64,000 nt of DNA, from positions 992,001 to 1,056,000 of the forward strand of contig CAWETI010000003.1 of NCBI GenBank assembly GCA_963812015.1, given 5' to 3'. Position numbers and translations under genes: made by a program. Each line of letters starts with the position of its first letter. Position 1 is the first letter of the stretch. The notes below the pieces were generated by a model, which made no database searches, was not told where the DNA came from, and saw nothing but the letters and a program-made list of their open reading frames with translations. Below are positions 18,720-32,172 of this stretch, in pieces. The stretch is from an uncultured delta proteobacterium (GTDB taxonomy: Bacteria; Desulfobacterota; Desulfobaccia; Desulfobaccales; 0-14-0-80-60-11).

Positions 18720-19346
18720 ATGGACCAAAACGATGGATTCATCCTGGAGGTTTTCTCCGATTACGTCTGACCCTGGTGCTACTTCATCACCGGGCGTGTT
18801 GAAAGGCTAAAGGAAGAGCACGAGATAGAGATCAGGTGGATTGCCTTCCCCCTTCATCCGGAAACACCGGAAGAGGGCTTGAGCCTCGAGGAGCTTTTCA
18901 AGGGACGGGGAATAGATCTCCCTTCGTCCATGGAGCATCTGAAGAAAGTCGCTGCCGAGTTGGGACTTCCCTGGGGTATGCGCACGAGAACCTACAATAG
19001 CCGCCGGGCGCAAGAACTCGGGAAATGGGCTGAGGCATTGGGCAAAGGGGTTGAGTTTCACATGGCTGTATTTCAGGCATACTTCGCTGATGGAAGGAAC
19101 ATCGCCGATATTTCGGTCTTGAAAGAGATCGCCGGGGCAATTGGCCTTGATGGCCGAATGGCGGAACAGGCCTTGACTGAGAGGACTTTCAAGGAAGCAG
19201 TAGACCGTGACTGGGATTATTCCCGCACCTGCGGCATTACAGCAGTTCCAACTTTCATGGTTGATGGGCGGAAAGTGGTCGGCGCCCAGCCTTACCAGGC
19301 TCTTGAAGACCTTGTAAGAGCCGCGGGGGGGAATATGCGGAAATGA
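18720..19346 (+). CDS. Selenocysteine-containing DsbA/FrnE-family oxidoreductase (UxxC), 208 aa
   Basis: ATG 18720 (GAGG RBS) reads MDQNDGFILEVFSDYV-TGA(18768-70)-PWCYF, in frame with the 18879-19346 ORF (F.LHPETP, GITAVPTF, GAQPY); hairpin CCTGGTG/CACCGGG right after UGA. Confidence 0.88.
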
Positions 19347-19568
19347 TGGGCGCAGTATAGTATCTCGGGTTCTCTCCGACAAGCTTCACTTGGATGTGGT
19401 CTTTAGCCATGTGCCCTTCGATGATGCTAAACATATTGTAGATAAGCTGAGGTTAGCTGCAATCCATACACAACCCGGTTTCGGCGCAGGAGATGGCCGC
19501 CTCTTGCCACCTCCGGCTCAGATAACCTGGCTCACAAAAGAGGAAAACTTCTTAGAGAGATAGTCATC

Positions 19569-20114
19569 ATGAACGAGCTCCCTTTATCTAAGGCATACTG
19601 CTTCATTGAGCCAGGTCCGGTCGTGCTGGTGACGACCGCGAATGAGGAACGCGCTAACATCATGACGATGAGCTGGCACATGGTGATGGATTTTACCCCA
19701 TTGATCGGCTGCATCATTGGCCCCTGGGATTACAGCTTCACGGCGTTGAGTACAACTAGAGAATGCGTGATCGCAATTCCTACGGTTGATCTTGCATCCA
19801 AGGTGGTCGAAATCGGCAACTGTTCGGGTGATGAGATCGATAAGTTTAATGCCTTTGGCCTGACCCCGATGCCAGCCCAAAAGGTCAAGCCGCCGCTCGT
19901 GGCCGAGTGTCTCGTCAATCTCGAATGCCAGGTAGCAGATACCAGCATGGTTGATAAGTACAATCTCTTCATCCTGGAAGTGGTCAAGGCCTGGACCGAT
20001 CCAGAGCGCGAGGAACGCCGGACGATCCACCACAATGGGGATGGTACCTTCGTTGTCGATGGCAGGACCATCAATCTAAAGGAGAAGATGGTAAAATGGC
20101 AGGTTCACCTCTAA
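19569..20114 (+). CDS. Flavin reductase family protein (flavoredoxin-like)
   Basis: EPGPVVLVTT, NIMTMSW, IGNCSG..IDKF, ECLVNLEC, TIHH.G.G.F.VDG. Confidence 0.9.
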   Translation: MNELPLSKAYCFIEPGPVVLVTTANEERANIMTMSWHMVMDFTPLIGCIIGPWDYSFTALSTTRECVIAIPTVDLASKVVEIGNCSGDEIDKFNAFGLTPMPAQKVKPPLVAECLVNLECQVADTSMVDKYNLFILEVVKAWTDPEREERRTIHHNGDGTFVVDGRTINLKEKMVKWQVHL

Positions 20115-20165
20115 CCAAGCAGGCTATCGAGGACCAGATTCCGGATCATGGGACGTGCGATGTTG

Positions 20166-20276
20166 CTGCTATGATCCGACAGTTATCACAAAGCCAAAAA
20201 CTTCCCATATCCAGATTATATCCGCAATTTTCCTCACTCCACCGATAATTGTCCATTGTGGCAAGATAGCCGCTAT
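20166..20276 (+). repeat. Island repeat family copy R4 with a single core (left arm - core - right arm)
   Basis: First 24 bp identical to 12741-12764; then one core ATATCCAGATTATATCCGCAA, then GATAATTGTC..TGGCAAGATA.CGCTAT. Confidence 0.85.
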
Positions 20277-20413
20277 TCGGGGAAATAAGAAGGCAGGGCC
20301 AAGGCTGACCCTGCCTGTATCTTAACCTCATCTCTTCCCCCACGGCTCAAGCCGCAGTCGCCGTTTTCAGTTCAGAATACGCTTCAGAAGCCCTCGAAGA
20401 CGTTTATGCTATG

Positions 20414-23070
<2,657 letters not shown>

Positions 23071-23094
23071 TAACTTTATCCTGAAAGTTTCTCT

Positions 23095-23125
23095 TTATTA
23101 ATAATGATTATCAATAAAATGTCAA
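23095..23125 (-). promoter_or_regulatory. Fur/PerR-box overlapping the promoter of perR-katG
   Basis: Imperfect palindrome TTATTAATAATGATTATCAATAA (23095-23117); TTGACA on the minus strand at 23125-23120. Confidence 0.75.
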
Positions 23126-24032
23126 GGGGGAGTTTGTTGAAGTTGTGAGATTTTTGGTTGCCGCATTCGATAGAGGCCAGGGTGAACCCAGACTAGCATA
23201 TCTGCTATATATTTTCTGCTTTAAGCCGCAGAAAAATGGTGCGATATCCTTCTAATATCTGCTTTTATATGCCGCCAGAAGCTCATGGTTTGGCTCCGAA
23301 TGAAGGTTAGCCTGATTTTGGTGCGATGGTGCGCCAATATCACCTATTACCAGCCCGCCCCAAGAAACCAAGAAAGCCTCCCGGCCAGGTGCCCCACGGA
23401 ACCGCAATCAGGCCCTCAAGGGAGAAATTCGGAACACTTTAAAAAATGGGGTTGGGGTACGAAGCGCTCTATCGGATACGGGGGGAGGGAGTCCCGGACT
23501 TGGGGTTTGGGTTTCCGGGCCTTCCAGGGACAGGAAAACGCGCACGGGCGTAGCGCACCATAGAACAGAAGGCAGGGGCATCCACCACCCCCAGCACAGG
23601 GTCGGGCAGGGGTCGTTTTTGGCCCCTGGAGGGCTATCGGATCATTTTTGGTTCAATTGCCCCCCCCAGGCTTGACCCCGACCTTTCCCCCTGGACTGCA
23701 CCCCGATCGCCTCACCATCAATGAGAGAATCATTTGTAGCAGGCATCCTGAGATGCCGTTATCTCCCTCCTGGCGAGGTCGGCCAGGAGCAATCCACCGT
23801 AGGGAGGAAGGGGCTGGGAAAAAGGGGCGGCTGGGCACAGATTTTAAACTTAGCCCATTGTGGTCGCTTCGCTCAATATTGCTTGTATTGTCCTGGGCAT
23901 CCAGGTCTTCGCCCTTTAGCTAACCGTTCTTTCCTGATCCTGTACCCATCATACAAAAGGATAATTAATTATTGATAATTCGGAAAAGATATATTATCCT
24001 TCGGCCTACAAATTTCCCTGGCGGATATTGCG

Positions 24033-24383
24033 ATGGAACGGCGAAGGCATAAGCGGATTTTTGCTTCTATTCCCGTTAAGATCCATGTCCAACGAACTGA
24101 ATCTCCAAAGGATTCATGGAGCACCCTTGGAGTTCTAAAAGATATTAGCTACGAGGGGGCCTATTTCAGCACCAAGGCAAAACCGCCCCTGGAACAAGGA
24201 CAAATTAAAGGGTTTACCATCACACCCGCTGAAGAGAACCCCAACCTTCCTGGTATCACCCTCATTGACGGAACAGGTCGAGTTGTTCGCATAGATATCC
24301 CTCAAACAGGCTTTAATGATACCGGGGTCGCACTTGAGTTTATTTCGGCCAAGCTCTTTGACTGCCTAATTAAAGATAGTTGA
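24033..24383 (+). CDS. Stand-alone PilZ domain protein
   Basis: ERRRHKR (RxxxR), DISYEG (D/NxSxxG), GRVVR, GVALEF. Confidence 0.9.
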   Translation: MERRRHKRIFASIPVKIHVQRTESPKDSWSTLGVLKDISYEGAYFSTKAKPPLEQGQIKGFTITPAEENPNLPGITLIDGTGRVVRIDIPQTGFNDTGVALEFISAKLFDCLIKDS

Positions 24384-24890
24384 CAGTCATCTCCTGGCCC
24401 TCTTGCCCATCCTCTTTCAGGTTTTCTCGGTCAAGCCAGCCCTGCCCGATCATGCCCGTTCCGATGACTACTCTCGCTGGAGTTTCATTGCCGTTCCAGA
24501 AATATCCCTTGCTTTTATCCAATAATTAATTATTATTGACTTACCTCCCCTATGACCCCCATATCGCGGGGGGGTTCACATAAGGCCGACCTACGTCCCT
24601 CCCCATGACACTCAGGTCGGCCTATCATTTTGGGCCTTGCCCCCCCCATCGGGCATGGTTTATGGCTCTTAATGCGCAACTTGCAGCCTGGGACTGTCGC
24701 CAGCGGTGGCCTTATGACCCTATAAGAGCTGGATCTTGAGTCGGGGCAACACCCCCACTCGCATAACCCATACCTCCATTCACATCTGCATATAACCTAT
24801 GGGACCTTCCATTGAAATTTTCGCCTATATCTGGCATAAGGAATATATTTGGGCTTACACGAGAGAGGTTGCTTTCGGGAAGATGCGCAT

Positions 24891-24968
24891 TTTAGGGCTT
24901 AAACTCAGAAAAATAGATCCTAACATTACTTTGGAATAGAGGAAGAAACGGTTTCCGCATAATCTCGG
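24891..24968 (+). repeat. Island repeat family, diverged terminal block
   Basis: GGGCTTAAACTC...CCGCATAATCTCGG upstream of the gene at 24997. Confidence 0.6.
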
Positions 24969-24996
24969 TGGATAGCACTTTAATAAGGAGGTTGGT

Positions 24997-25335
24997 ATGA
25001 AAACTCTAATCATGGGACTGGTCGCATTAATCCTGGGGCTTATCGGCCTTATCTTAGGCTGGTCGCAGTTCCTCAATCTGTTGGCCGGTGGGATTCCCTT
25101 ACTACTTCTGCTGGGTGGGGGCCTGGCAATTTATCTGGGCTATGAAGAAGCCAAAGCCACTGCATGCAAGAAAGCGGAACCCCCCGCCTACGAGCCTCCC
25201 AAGGTGAACAAGGCTGAGGTGGAGCAATATAGTGAGCAAGACCGCCTTAAGGCTGAAATCGAAGAACCCGAGAAGAAGACAAAACCCAAAAAGAAGACAG
25301 AACCTAAGAAGAAGAAGACTTCTCAGGAGGGCTGA
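24997..25335 (+). CDS. Small two-TM hypothetical protein with Lys-rich tail
   Basis: TAAGGAGG RBS; hydrophobic N-terminus. Confidence 0.8.
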   Translation: MKTLIMGLVALILGLIGLILGWSQFLNLLAGGIPLLLLLGGGLAIYLGYEEAKATACKKAEPPAYEPPKVNKAEVEQYSEQDRLKAEIEEPEKKTKPKKKTEPKKKKTSQEG

Positions 25336-25618
25336 GGGAGCTTAGTGTCGACCCATCCCCGAGGCCCGAGTCGATCTTCCCAGGATCTCGGCTTTGATAA
25401 AAATCTTGGTGGGAGGGGCTCTGGGGGCAAAATAAAGAAGAAACCGCGGGGGCCTCCGAGCCCCCTCTGCTATCTTTGATACCACCTCTATTCCCCCAGG
25501 CTTCTATTGAACCCCTGTATAATTTCGACTATATTGAAGGTTATAAAATTTTGATGCCTACTTCTGTCCTCCTGGCTGGGCCATCCACAAAATAGCTGTG
25601 ATTTAAGAGGGGAAACTG

Positions 25619-25819
25619 ATGAAAGTCGATGATAAGGACTCTTGTGAAAGAGGATATAAGGTTTCAAAAATTGTTCGGCTAAAGCACACAGTCGAATGTT
25701 TTAAGTGTAAGAAAGAAATCCCGGCAGGGTTAACCGCCACATTGGATCAAGGTAATTTCTTATGCACAGATTGCCTCAATTTCAGCATACTTCCTGCGCA
25801 AGAAGGTGGCAAAGTCTGA
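25619..25819 (+). CDS. Small Cys-rich (CxxC...CxxC) hypothetical protein
   Basis: CFKC...CTDC; GAGG RBS. Confidence 0.5.
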   Translation: MKVDDKDSCERGYKVSKIVRLKHTVECFKCKKEIPAGLTATLDQGNFLCTDCLNFSILPAQEGGKV

Positions 25820-25974
25820 TGATCTGTGAACCCCGCCCCCCTGAGGCTCTTTTCTCCAGCCCTATCACCCCCCTTACTACCCCTAAATCGTGAGTAGCAA
25901 AGGAGTGGTGACCTGCCCCCCAAAAACTGATCCACATGTTAAGTTAGAGTAGTGGATCGAAGGGAGGCAGGGAG

Positions 25975-26253
25975 ATGAGCAGGAAGCGTTATACGCCGGA
26001 GCAGATCATTGGGAAGTTGCGGGAAGCAGAGGTGGCCTTGGCCCAGGGGGAGACGGTGGGCCAGGTTTGCCGAACCCTGGGTATTGCCGAACAGACCTTC
26101 TATCGCTGGCGCCGGGAGTATGGTGGTTTAAAGATAGAGCAGGCCAAGCGCCTCAAGGCCCTGGAGCAAGAGAATACCCGGCTGAGGCGGGCGGTATCGG
26201 ATCTCACACTGGATAAACTGATCCTCCAGGAGGCGGTAAGGGGAAACTTCTAA
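25975..26253 (+). CDS. IS3 transposase OrfA
   Basis: [25 protein letters not shown], leucine zipper; ends in GGGGAAAC slippery site. Confidence 0.93.
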   Translation: MSRKRYTPEQIIGKLREAEVALAQGETVGQVCRTLGIAEQTFYRWRREYGGLKIEQAKRLKALEQENTRLRRAVSDLTLDKLILQEAVRGNF

Positions 26254-27146
26254 GCCCGACCCGTCGGCGGCAATGCATTGAGCATATCCGGAAGGCTCTG
26301 CCGGTGTCGGAACGCCGTGTCTGCGGGGTGATTGGGCAACCGCGTGCGACCCAGCGTTACCAAGCCACCGAGCCTGATGACGAGGTGGGGCTGACTGCGG
26401 CCATCATTGGCCATGCCAGCAGGTATGGGCGATACGGCTATCGCCGTATCCTGGCGTTGCTGCGAAGTGACGGCTGGGTGGTGAACCATAAAAGAATGGA
26501 ACGGATCTGGCGACAGGAAGGGCTGAAGGTGCCCCAGAAGCAGCCAAAGCGGGGCAGGTTGTGGTTAAGCGACGGATCTTGTGTTCGTCTCCGGCCCTGC
26601 TGGCCGAACCATGTATGGTCCTATGACTTCGTGATGGCGCGGACTCACGATGGCAAAGCTTTCCGAATGCTCACCATCATTGATGAGTACACCAGGGAAT
26701 GCCTGGCCATCGAGGTGTCCCGGCGTTTTGATGCAGATGCGGTGTTGTATCGGTTGACAGAGCTGTTTGTGTCACGGCGCCCACCAGACTATATCCGATC
26801 AGACAACGGGCCGGAGTTTACGGCCAGGGCGGTTCGGGAGTGGTTAAGCCGAGTAGGAGTCAAAACGCTCTACATTGAACCTGGCAGTCCCTGGGAGAAT
26901 GGCTACAACGAGAGCTTCAATGGAAAACTGCGGGATGAGTTGCTCAACGGGGAGATTTTCACCACCCTGAAGGAGGCCCAGATCCTTATAGAACGCTGGC
27001 GGCGGGAATACAATACGGCAAGGCCTCACAGCGCCTTGGGTTATCGGCCACCCGCACCCGAGGCCATCCAGGTGATTTCCAGAGATCCTGGCTACGCTAT
27101 GCTCCGCCAGGATCTCTGGCTTGACTTGACCCCAATTCTAACTTAA
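26250..27146 (+). CDS. IS3 transposase OrfB (DDE), expressed by -1 frameshift
   Basis: [48 protein letters not shown]. Confidence 0.93.
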   Translation, partial: LSPTRRRQCIEHIRKALPVSERRVCGVIGQPRATQRYQATEPDDEVGLTAAIIGHASRYGRYGYRRILALLRSDGWVVNHKRMERIWRQEGLKVPQKQPKRGRLWLSDGSCVRLRPCWPNHVWSYDFVMARTHDGKAFRMLTIIDEYTRECLAIEVSRRFDADAVLYRLTELFVSRRPPDYIRSDNGPEFTARAVREWLSRVGVKTLYIEPGSPWENGYNESFNGKLRDELLNGEIFTTLKEAQILIERWRREYNTARPHSALGYRPPAPEAIQVISRDPGYAMLRQDLWLDLTPILT

Positions 27147-27177
27147 AACTTGGTACAACTATCGGGGGCAGGTCACA

Positions 27178-28659
27178 CGTCTTGGGCGTAATGCAAGAGA
27201 CTTACTCAATATCGTTCATGAATTGGAAGAATGTCAAGTTATATTGATAAGCCTAAAAGATAAATTTGATTTGAGTAGCAACGTTGGGAGAGCGATGTTT
27301 GGTATGTTATCTTGCGTTGCACAGCTTGAGAAAGATATTATCGAAGAACAGATGAAAGAAAATAAATTAGCAAGATGGAGGAACAATGAAACATTTATTG
27401 GTAAAGCTCCATTTGGATACCAATGGAATAAAAAAACAAAAGCAATAGAGATTGATGATAAGCAGTCAGTAATTTATAAAAACATTGTGAATATGTATGT
27501 ATACCAGGGAATGACTTTTAGAGATATCGTAGTAAGACTTAGGAAAGACGGAATTAAGTGTAAGAGGTCATGGTTTAGCAATAGCACAATCAGCTATATG
27601 CTTAAAAATCCTGCGTACTACGGCTATTATTACGTAAATCAGTACGTTTACGATGGTACAAAACGAACTAAAGTGAAGAAGCCTGATAATGAATTTATTT
27701 CATTTATGATTCCACCAATAATTTCAAAAGATGAATGGGATAAGATTCAAGTTAATACTGAACGTAACAAAGTAAAAGGGAAAAATATTTCAATATCAGA
27801 AGGTTATTGGCTTAGAGATATTTTGATATGTGGAGAATGCGGAGGGAAAATAAAACCACATCATGGTTATAAGAGAAAAGACGGTAGCATATCCAGATAT
27901 TACGCTTGCTATTGGAGTTCTACGAGCCAAAGAAATTTAGAAATTCACGGAAAAAAGAGATGTGAGTTGCCTCATATCAATGCTAATGATTTAGAAGGAC
28001 ATATCTGGTCTACAATGATTGAAAGTTTTTCATCAATTGGAATCAAAAGACAGCCAAAACCAAGCAAATTTGAATCTTTGTATAGTACCGAACAACTTGA
28101 TGAACAAATAAAGCAACTTAAAACGGTTTCTAATACGTTAAAGGCTAATTTGAGAAAGAAGAAGATTGCAAGGGACAGGTATTTCATTTGTTATGAAGAT
28201 GATGATTTTGATAAAGATGAAATGTCAAGGAAATTGAAGGAAAATGATAATGATATTCGAAAAATAAAGTCTGACATTGAGAAAACTGAGAACAAATTAA
28301 TTACACTAAGTGAGGTTAACCATAATATAGTGTCATTTAAGGAACTTATCAAAAATAATCCAGATTGGATATATTCTCTCCAAAAGAGCTTGTATGAGCT
28401 ATCCCCAAAAGATAAAAAGTTACTTTTAGAAAATCTCGTTCAGGGGAAAATTCTGGTTTCAATCTCCGACCCTGACGAAAAAGGTTCATGGGGGGTTCAT
28501 GGCTTTGGAATTTCATTCAATAAAGCAGCTTTTGAGCGGTTAATGGGAGAGGGGAAAATTCCAGTGATTAATTCCAAATGGTGCGAACCATCCTGCCGCC
28601 CTGGAGTTTTGAAGAGGCTTTGGAGACCTCGAAGATCTACAGCGTCATGGGGCGCTTAA
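27178..28659 (+). pseudogene. Large serine recombinase (integrase), 5'-truncated by IS3
   Basis: Frame resumes immediately after the IS end at RLGRNARDLL; recombinase domain (APFGY, LKNPAYYG), zinc ribbon CGECG..YYAC..C, coiled coil; catalytic YxRxS N-terminus absent. Confidence 0.9.
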
Positions 28660-29411
28660 GGCCCGGCCAGTCCCTGGTGCCCCGGCGGCCCTTCCGTTCG
28701 CCGCACCACACCATCTCGGATGCGGGCCTCATCGGCGGCGGCACCATCCCCCGGCCCGGAGAGGTGAGTCTGGCCCACCACGGGGTGCTGTTCCTGGACG
28801 AGCTGCCGGAGTTCCGCCGCTCCACCCTGGAGGTGCTGCGCCAGCCGTTGGAAGAGGGCAAGGTGACCATCTCCCGGGCGGCCACCTCCCTGACCTATCC
28901 GGCCCGGTTCATGCTGGTGGCGGCCATGAATCCATGCCCCTGCGGCTTCCTGGGGGACGTGAAAAGGGCCTGCACCTGCACCCCCAACCAGATTAACGCC
29001 TATCGCTCCCGCATCTCCGGCCCGCTGTTGGACCGGATCGACATCCAGGTCCAGGTGCCGGCGGTGCCGTTCCGGGACCTGGCGGCGCCGGCGGGAGGGG
29101 AGGGCTCTGTAGAGATTCGGGAGAAAGTGGTGGCGGCCCGGGAGCTCCAGACGGGGAGGTTTCATAAGACCCGCATCTACGCCAACGCCCACATGCCGCC
29201 CCGGCTCATCAAGCAGCATTGCGCCCCGGGCCCCGAGGCCCAGCGCCTGCTGGAGACGGCCATGGAGCGCCTGGGCCTCTCGGCCCGGGCCTACCACCGG
29301 ATCCTGAAGATCGCCCGGACCATCGCCGACCTGGAAGGGGAGGGCAGTATCGGCCCGGCCCAGGTGGCCGAGGCCATTCAGTATCGGACGATGGATAGGA
29401 AGTTTGGGTGA
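28578..29411 (+). pseudogene. comM: 3' fragment of comM/yifB
   Basis: [76 protein letters not shown]; Walker A absent. Confidence 0.93.
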
Positions 29412-29457
29412 GAAGCACTCTGGTTCCCAAGCTCCGGCTTGGGAACCAGAGTGCTTC
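29412..29457. repeat. 21-bp perfect hairpin of the GTTCCCAAGC/GCTTGGGAAC REP-like family (possible terminator)
   Basis: GAAGCACTCTGGTTCCCAAGC-TCCG-GCTTGGGAACCAGAGTGCTTC. Confidence 0.8.
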
Positions 29458-30274
29458 AGGTTCCAAGGGAACACCCAAAACCAGGCAAAGCATGGGTGGC
29501 ACAGGCTGAAGCCTGGGGCGACGTTTTCATAAAAACAGGGAAAAAAACGAGGTTTCGCGTCAATTTAGACCCCAAAAAGACCCCAAAAAGACCTAAAAAA
29601 GCACCGAAAATCGCTGAAAAGGGCCGGCCGCCGGCCGGTTAAGCAGGTAAAACCCGGGACGCGTGCCGGGCTATGGCGAGGTCGCGTCGTCCTCGACCCA
29701 GGCAGGACCCGCGTGGTTGGCGCGTCATGGTCAAGCCTGTGCCGCGGTCGTATCGGCCTGGTCCCGGGGTTAAAAATCCGGCTTTCGCCAAATTTAGTAA
29801 TGAATATCAAGGGATTCAGGATGAGTGGGCCTCCCGGTGCCGGGACGCGGTACAGGTGAAACGGCTTAATCCGGGTCATTTTCCACGGGTTGACCAATAG
29901 TGTGGCGCTTTTATCCCGGCAAGGCATGGGAGCATCATAAACTCAGGATTAGGCCGGCCTCCAGAAGCGCTGGGAGAGATGACGTGGTTTTCAGGCGGGC
30001 CTGGTTAGGGTGGCGCCCACGACCTGGTGAGGCAGGATGATTAGGGCTTTACCTTAATATTTACCTAGGGGCAGCCGATGATAACGTTGGAAGTCTGGAG
30101 ATAGAATAAGGCTCAAGGCGGGATACGCTATGCTTTCCCGCCCTACGGGCTACGGGCTCCCTTATAAAAACGACCATTTATCAATTGGTTACATTTTTTT
30201 TAATTTAATAATTAATAATTAACATTTGACAATAACCCTCCATTTGTGCAATGAATGATTGGTGGGAGATTAAT

Positions 30275-30913
30275 ATGAAGAACTATAAAAATAGATGTCA
30301 TTTATTGATGATATGTTTGGTTCTATTGTTTGATTTTTCAGTATCAGGGTGTGCCTTAACGAAAGAATATATAACCGTGGATTACACACCTCAAAAAAAT
30401 ATCGAGCCTATTAGAGGGGCAGAAAATATTCATCTTAAAGTAAATGTGAATGATGGTCGAAGTATGCGGGATAAGGTATGTTATAAAAAGAATGGCTATG
30501 GGATGGAACTAGGCGAAATTATCTCTAATAACGATGTTGTTCAATTAGTTAGTGATTCTATCAAAACTGAATTGACTAACCGCGGATTTATTGTAAATGA
30601 CGGTGATATAATTATTAATATTGAATTAATAAAATTTTTTAATGATTTCAAGATGGGATTTTTTGCAGGTGATGCATCTGCGGAAGTTTTAATGGGGTCA
30701 CAAGTTAAACTGTCAAATGGCAATATAATTTATAATAAAATAATCACTGGAAATTACGTAGAGCAGAATATTCAATTATCTACTGGGAATAATGCTAAAC
30801 TTGCCTTAGAAGGAGCATTAAAAGATGCTGTATCTAAGCTGGTTAATGATTCAGAATTCATTATAGCTTTGATGGGAACTAAGAAATTAGGTATTAATCT
30901 TAAATTTCCTTGA
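30275..30913 (+). CDS. YajG-like lipoprotein
   Basis: SGC lipobox; D.R..V..KKNGYGME; KFFNDFK.GFF motif. Confidence 0.75.
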   Translation: MKNYKNRCHLLMICLVLLFDFSVSGCALTKEYITVDYTPQKNIEPIRGAENIHLKVNVNDGRSMRDKVCYKKNGYGMELGEIISNNDVVQLVSDSIKTELTNRGFIVNDGDIIINIELIKFFNDFKMGFFAGDASAEVLMGSQVKLSNGNIIYNKIITGNYVEQNIQLSTGNNAKLALEGALKDAVSKLVNDSEFIIALMGTKKLGINLKFP

Positions 30914-31052
30914 CGTTTTTTTTACTTAGTGGCGCTTCGAGAGACGTAAGCTTCTAACCATAGCTCCTGCGTTTGACAGTAATCCTTATATATATGTAAT
31001 GAAGATGATAGTGGAAAAGCTGATAATTAATCGTTAAAGGAGGCGTCGCCTC

Positions 31053-31808
31053 ATGAAGAGAATTCTATCAGTAATTCTGATTGTGCTTTTTGGGTCAGTA
31101 GGATTAGCCTATGGTCAATCGGCAAAAGATGTTTATAAAGCCGTTAAAAAAGCTGAGCTTAGCGCAACAGGGCCTCGGGCAACTTTTGCAAGTGCAATGA
31201 CCGATGCAGAAACCGAGTTCGATTTATTTAACGATAGCCCGGAGGCAAAGAAAAACCCTGAATTTACATCCCATATAAAAAAAGCTATAGGAAGTCTTGC
31301 AATGGTCCAATTGAGTAGGGACCCTAATATGATTATGGGTTTCGTTCTCATGGAAAAACAAAAAGGCAAGGGTAATGCTGGTCTTGACCCTGCAACTCGA
31401 TTTAAGGAAGGCATGGATACAGCTACCAGAGAATTAGAACTGGCTAAAAAATATATGGGGCTAATTGGAACACCATCTGGTGAATCTGAAGCAGATACTA
31501 AAAATATTCCTGATATTAATGATAGACAAAAAATAAATTATAGTAACAGAATTGATGAACTTCACAGCAGAATGAAGAGCGAGTTTGGTATACTGGCTCA
31601 ATCTGATCCAAAAAATGCTAAAGCAGTCAGTGTTGGTGTAATATCAAACATAAAAAAACTTATAAATGAGCGAGACAACTTAAAATTCGAGGCTCTTAAA
31701 TACTACCACATGAAACTGCCACCGGATTTAGCTAAGAAATTTGAGGAATCAGAGCGGGCGACGGATCAGGCAAAGAAAACAATGCAGAATGCGGGGGCTC
31801 AATGGTAA
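31053..31808 (+). CDS. Secreted hypothetical protein
   Basis: Signal peptide; AAGGAGG RBS; AT-rich. Confidence 0.75.
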   Translation: MKRILSVILIVLFGSVGLAYGQSAKDVYKAVKKAELSATGPRATFASAMTDAETEFDLFNDSPEAKKNPEFTSHIKKAIGSLAMVQLSRDPNMIMGFVLMEKQKGKGNAGLDPATRFKEGMDTATRELELAKKYMGLIGTPSGESEADTKNIPDINDRQKINYSNRIDELHSRMKSEFGILAQSDPKNAKAVSVGVISNIKKLINERDNLKFEALKYYHMKLPPDLAKKFEESERATDQAKKTMQNAGAQW

Positions 31809-31869
31809 TGGCTTTTGGTTTGGGGGGTGACATTTTTCTGATTTATTATTTCTGATTTATTTTTCCCGG

Positions 31870-32010
31870 GTTTCCAAGCTCCCACTTGGGAACCCTTTTT
31901 TTGCAAAGGTCTGCTTTGCTCTCGCGGTGATGATATAATGGCAGATATCTGTCGCCAAGCGGAACTTGGCGTAAGAAGATGCGTCCCCAAGCAGGAGCTT
32001 GGGGACGAGA
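31870..32010. repeat. Cluster of REP-like CCAAGC..GCTTGG palindromes
   Basis: GTTTCCAAGCTCCCACTTGGGAAC, GCCAAGCGGAACTTGGC, GTCCCCAAGCAGGAGCTTGGGGAC. Confidence 0.75.
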
Positions 32011-32172
32011 AGAAAGGTCAGGCGGGGTAGGGCAAGCCCCAGGAATTTTTATGAGAATGTCATGAGGTCCCTTGCCGGGGCGGGTTGGGGGCCTTATTTT
32101 TCATACAAGAGCCCTGTGTGGGGCCGGGCGGCGGGCTCTGGCCGCCCCATTTCGCCGGAAGGAGTGATGATC

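Larger units (their letters stand above)
25909..27175 (+). mobile_element. IS3-family insertion sequence (complete, no target-site duplication)
   Basis: TG...CA ends with IR TGACCTGCCCCC; orfA/orfB; flanks GTGG / CACG differ. Confidence 0.95.

Noticed and set aside
12633..20125. Integron attC sites (GTTATGC 12687, GTTAGAC 12714, CTCTAAC at the flavin reductase stop)
   Set aside because: No complete paired R''/L''/L'/R' structure was found, and the recombinase lacks the IntI insertion and length.
12741..20276. Repeats as a CRISPR array
   Set aside because: Copies are kilobases apart, long and diverged; there are no regular spacers and no cas genes.
23440..23700. G/C-run-rich gap resembling a phage cos/pac region
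   Set aside because: Only a compositional impression; no definable motif.
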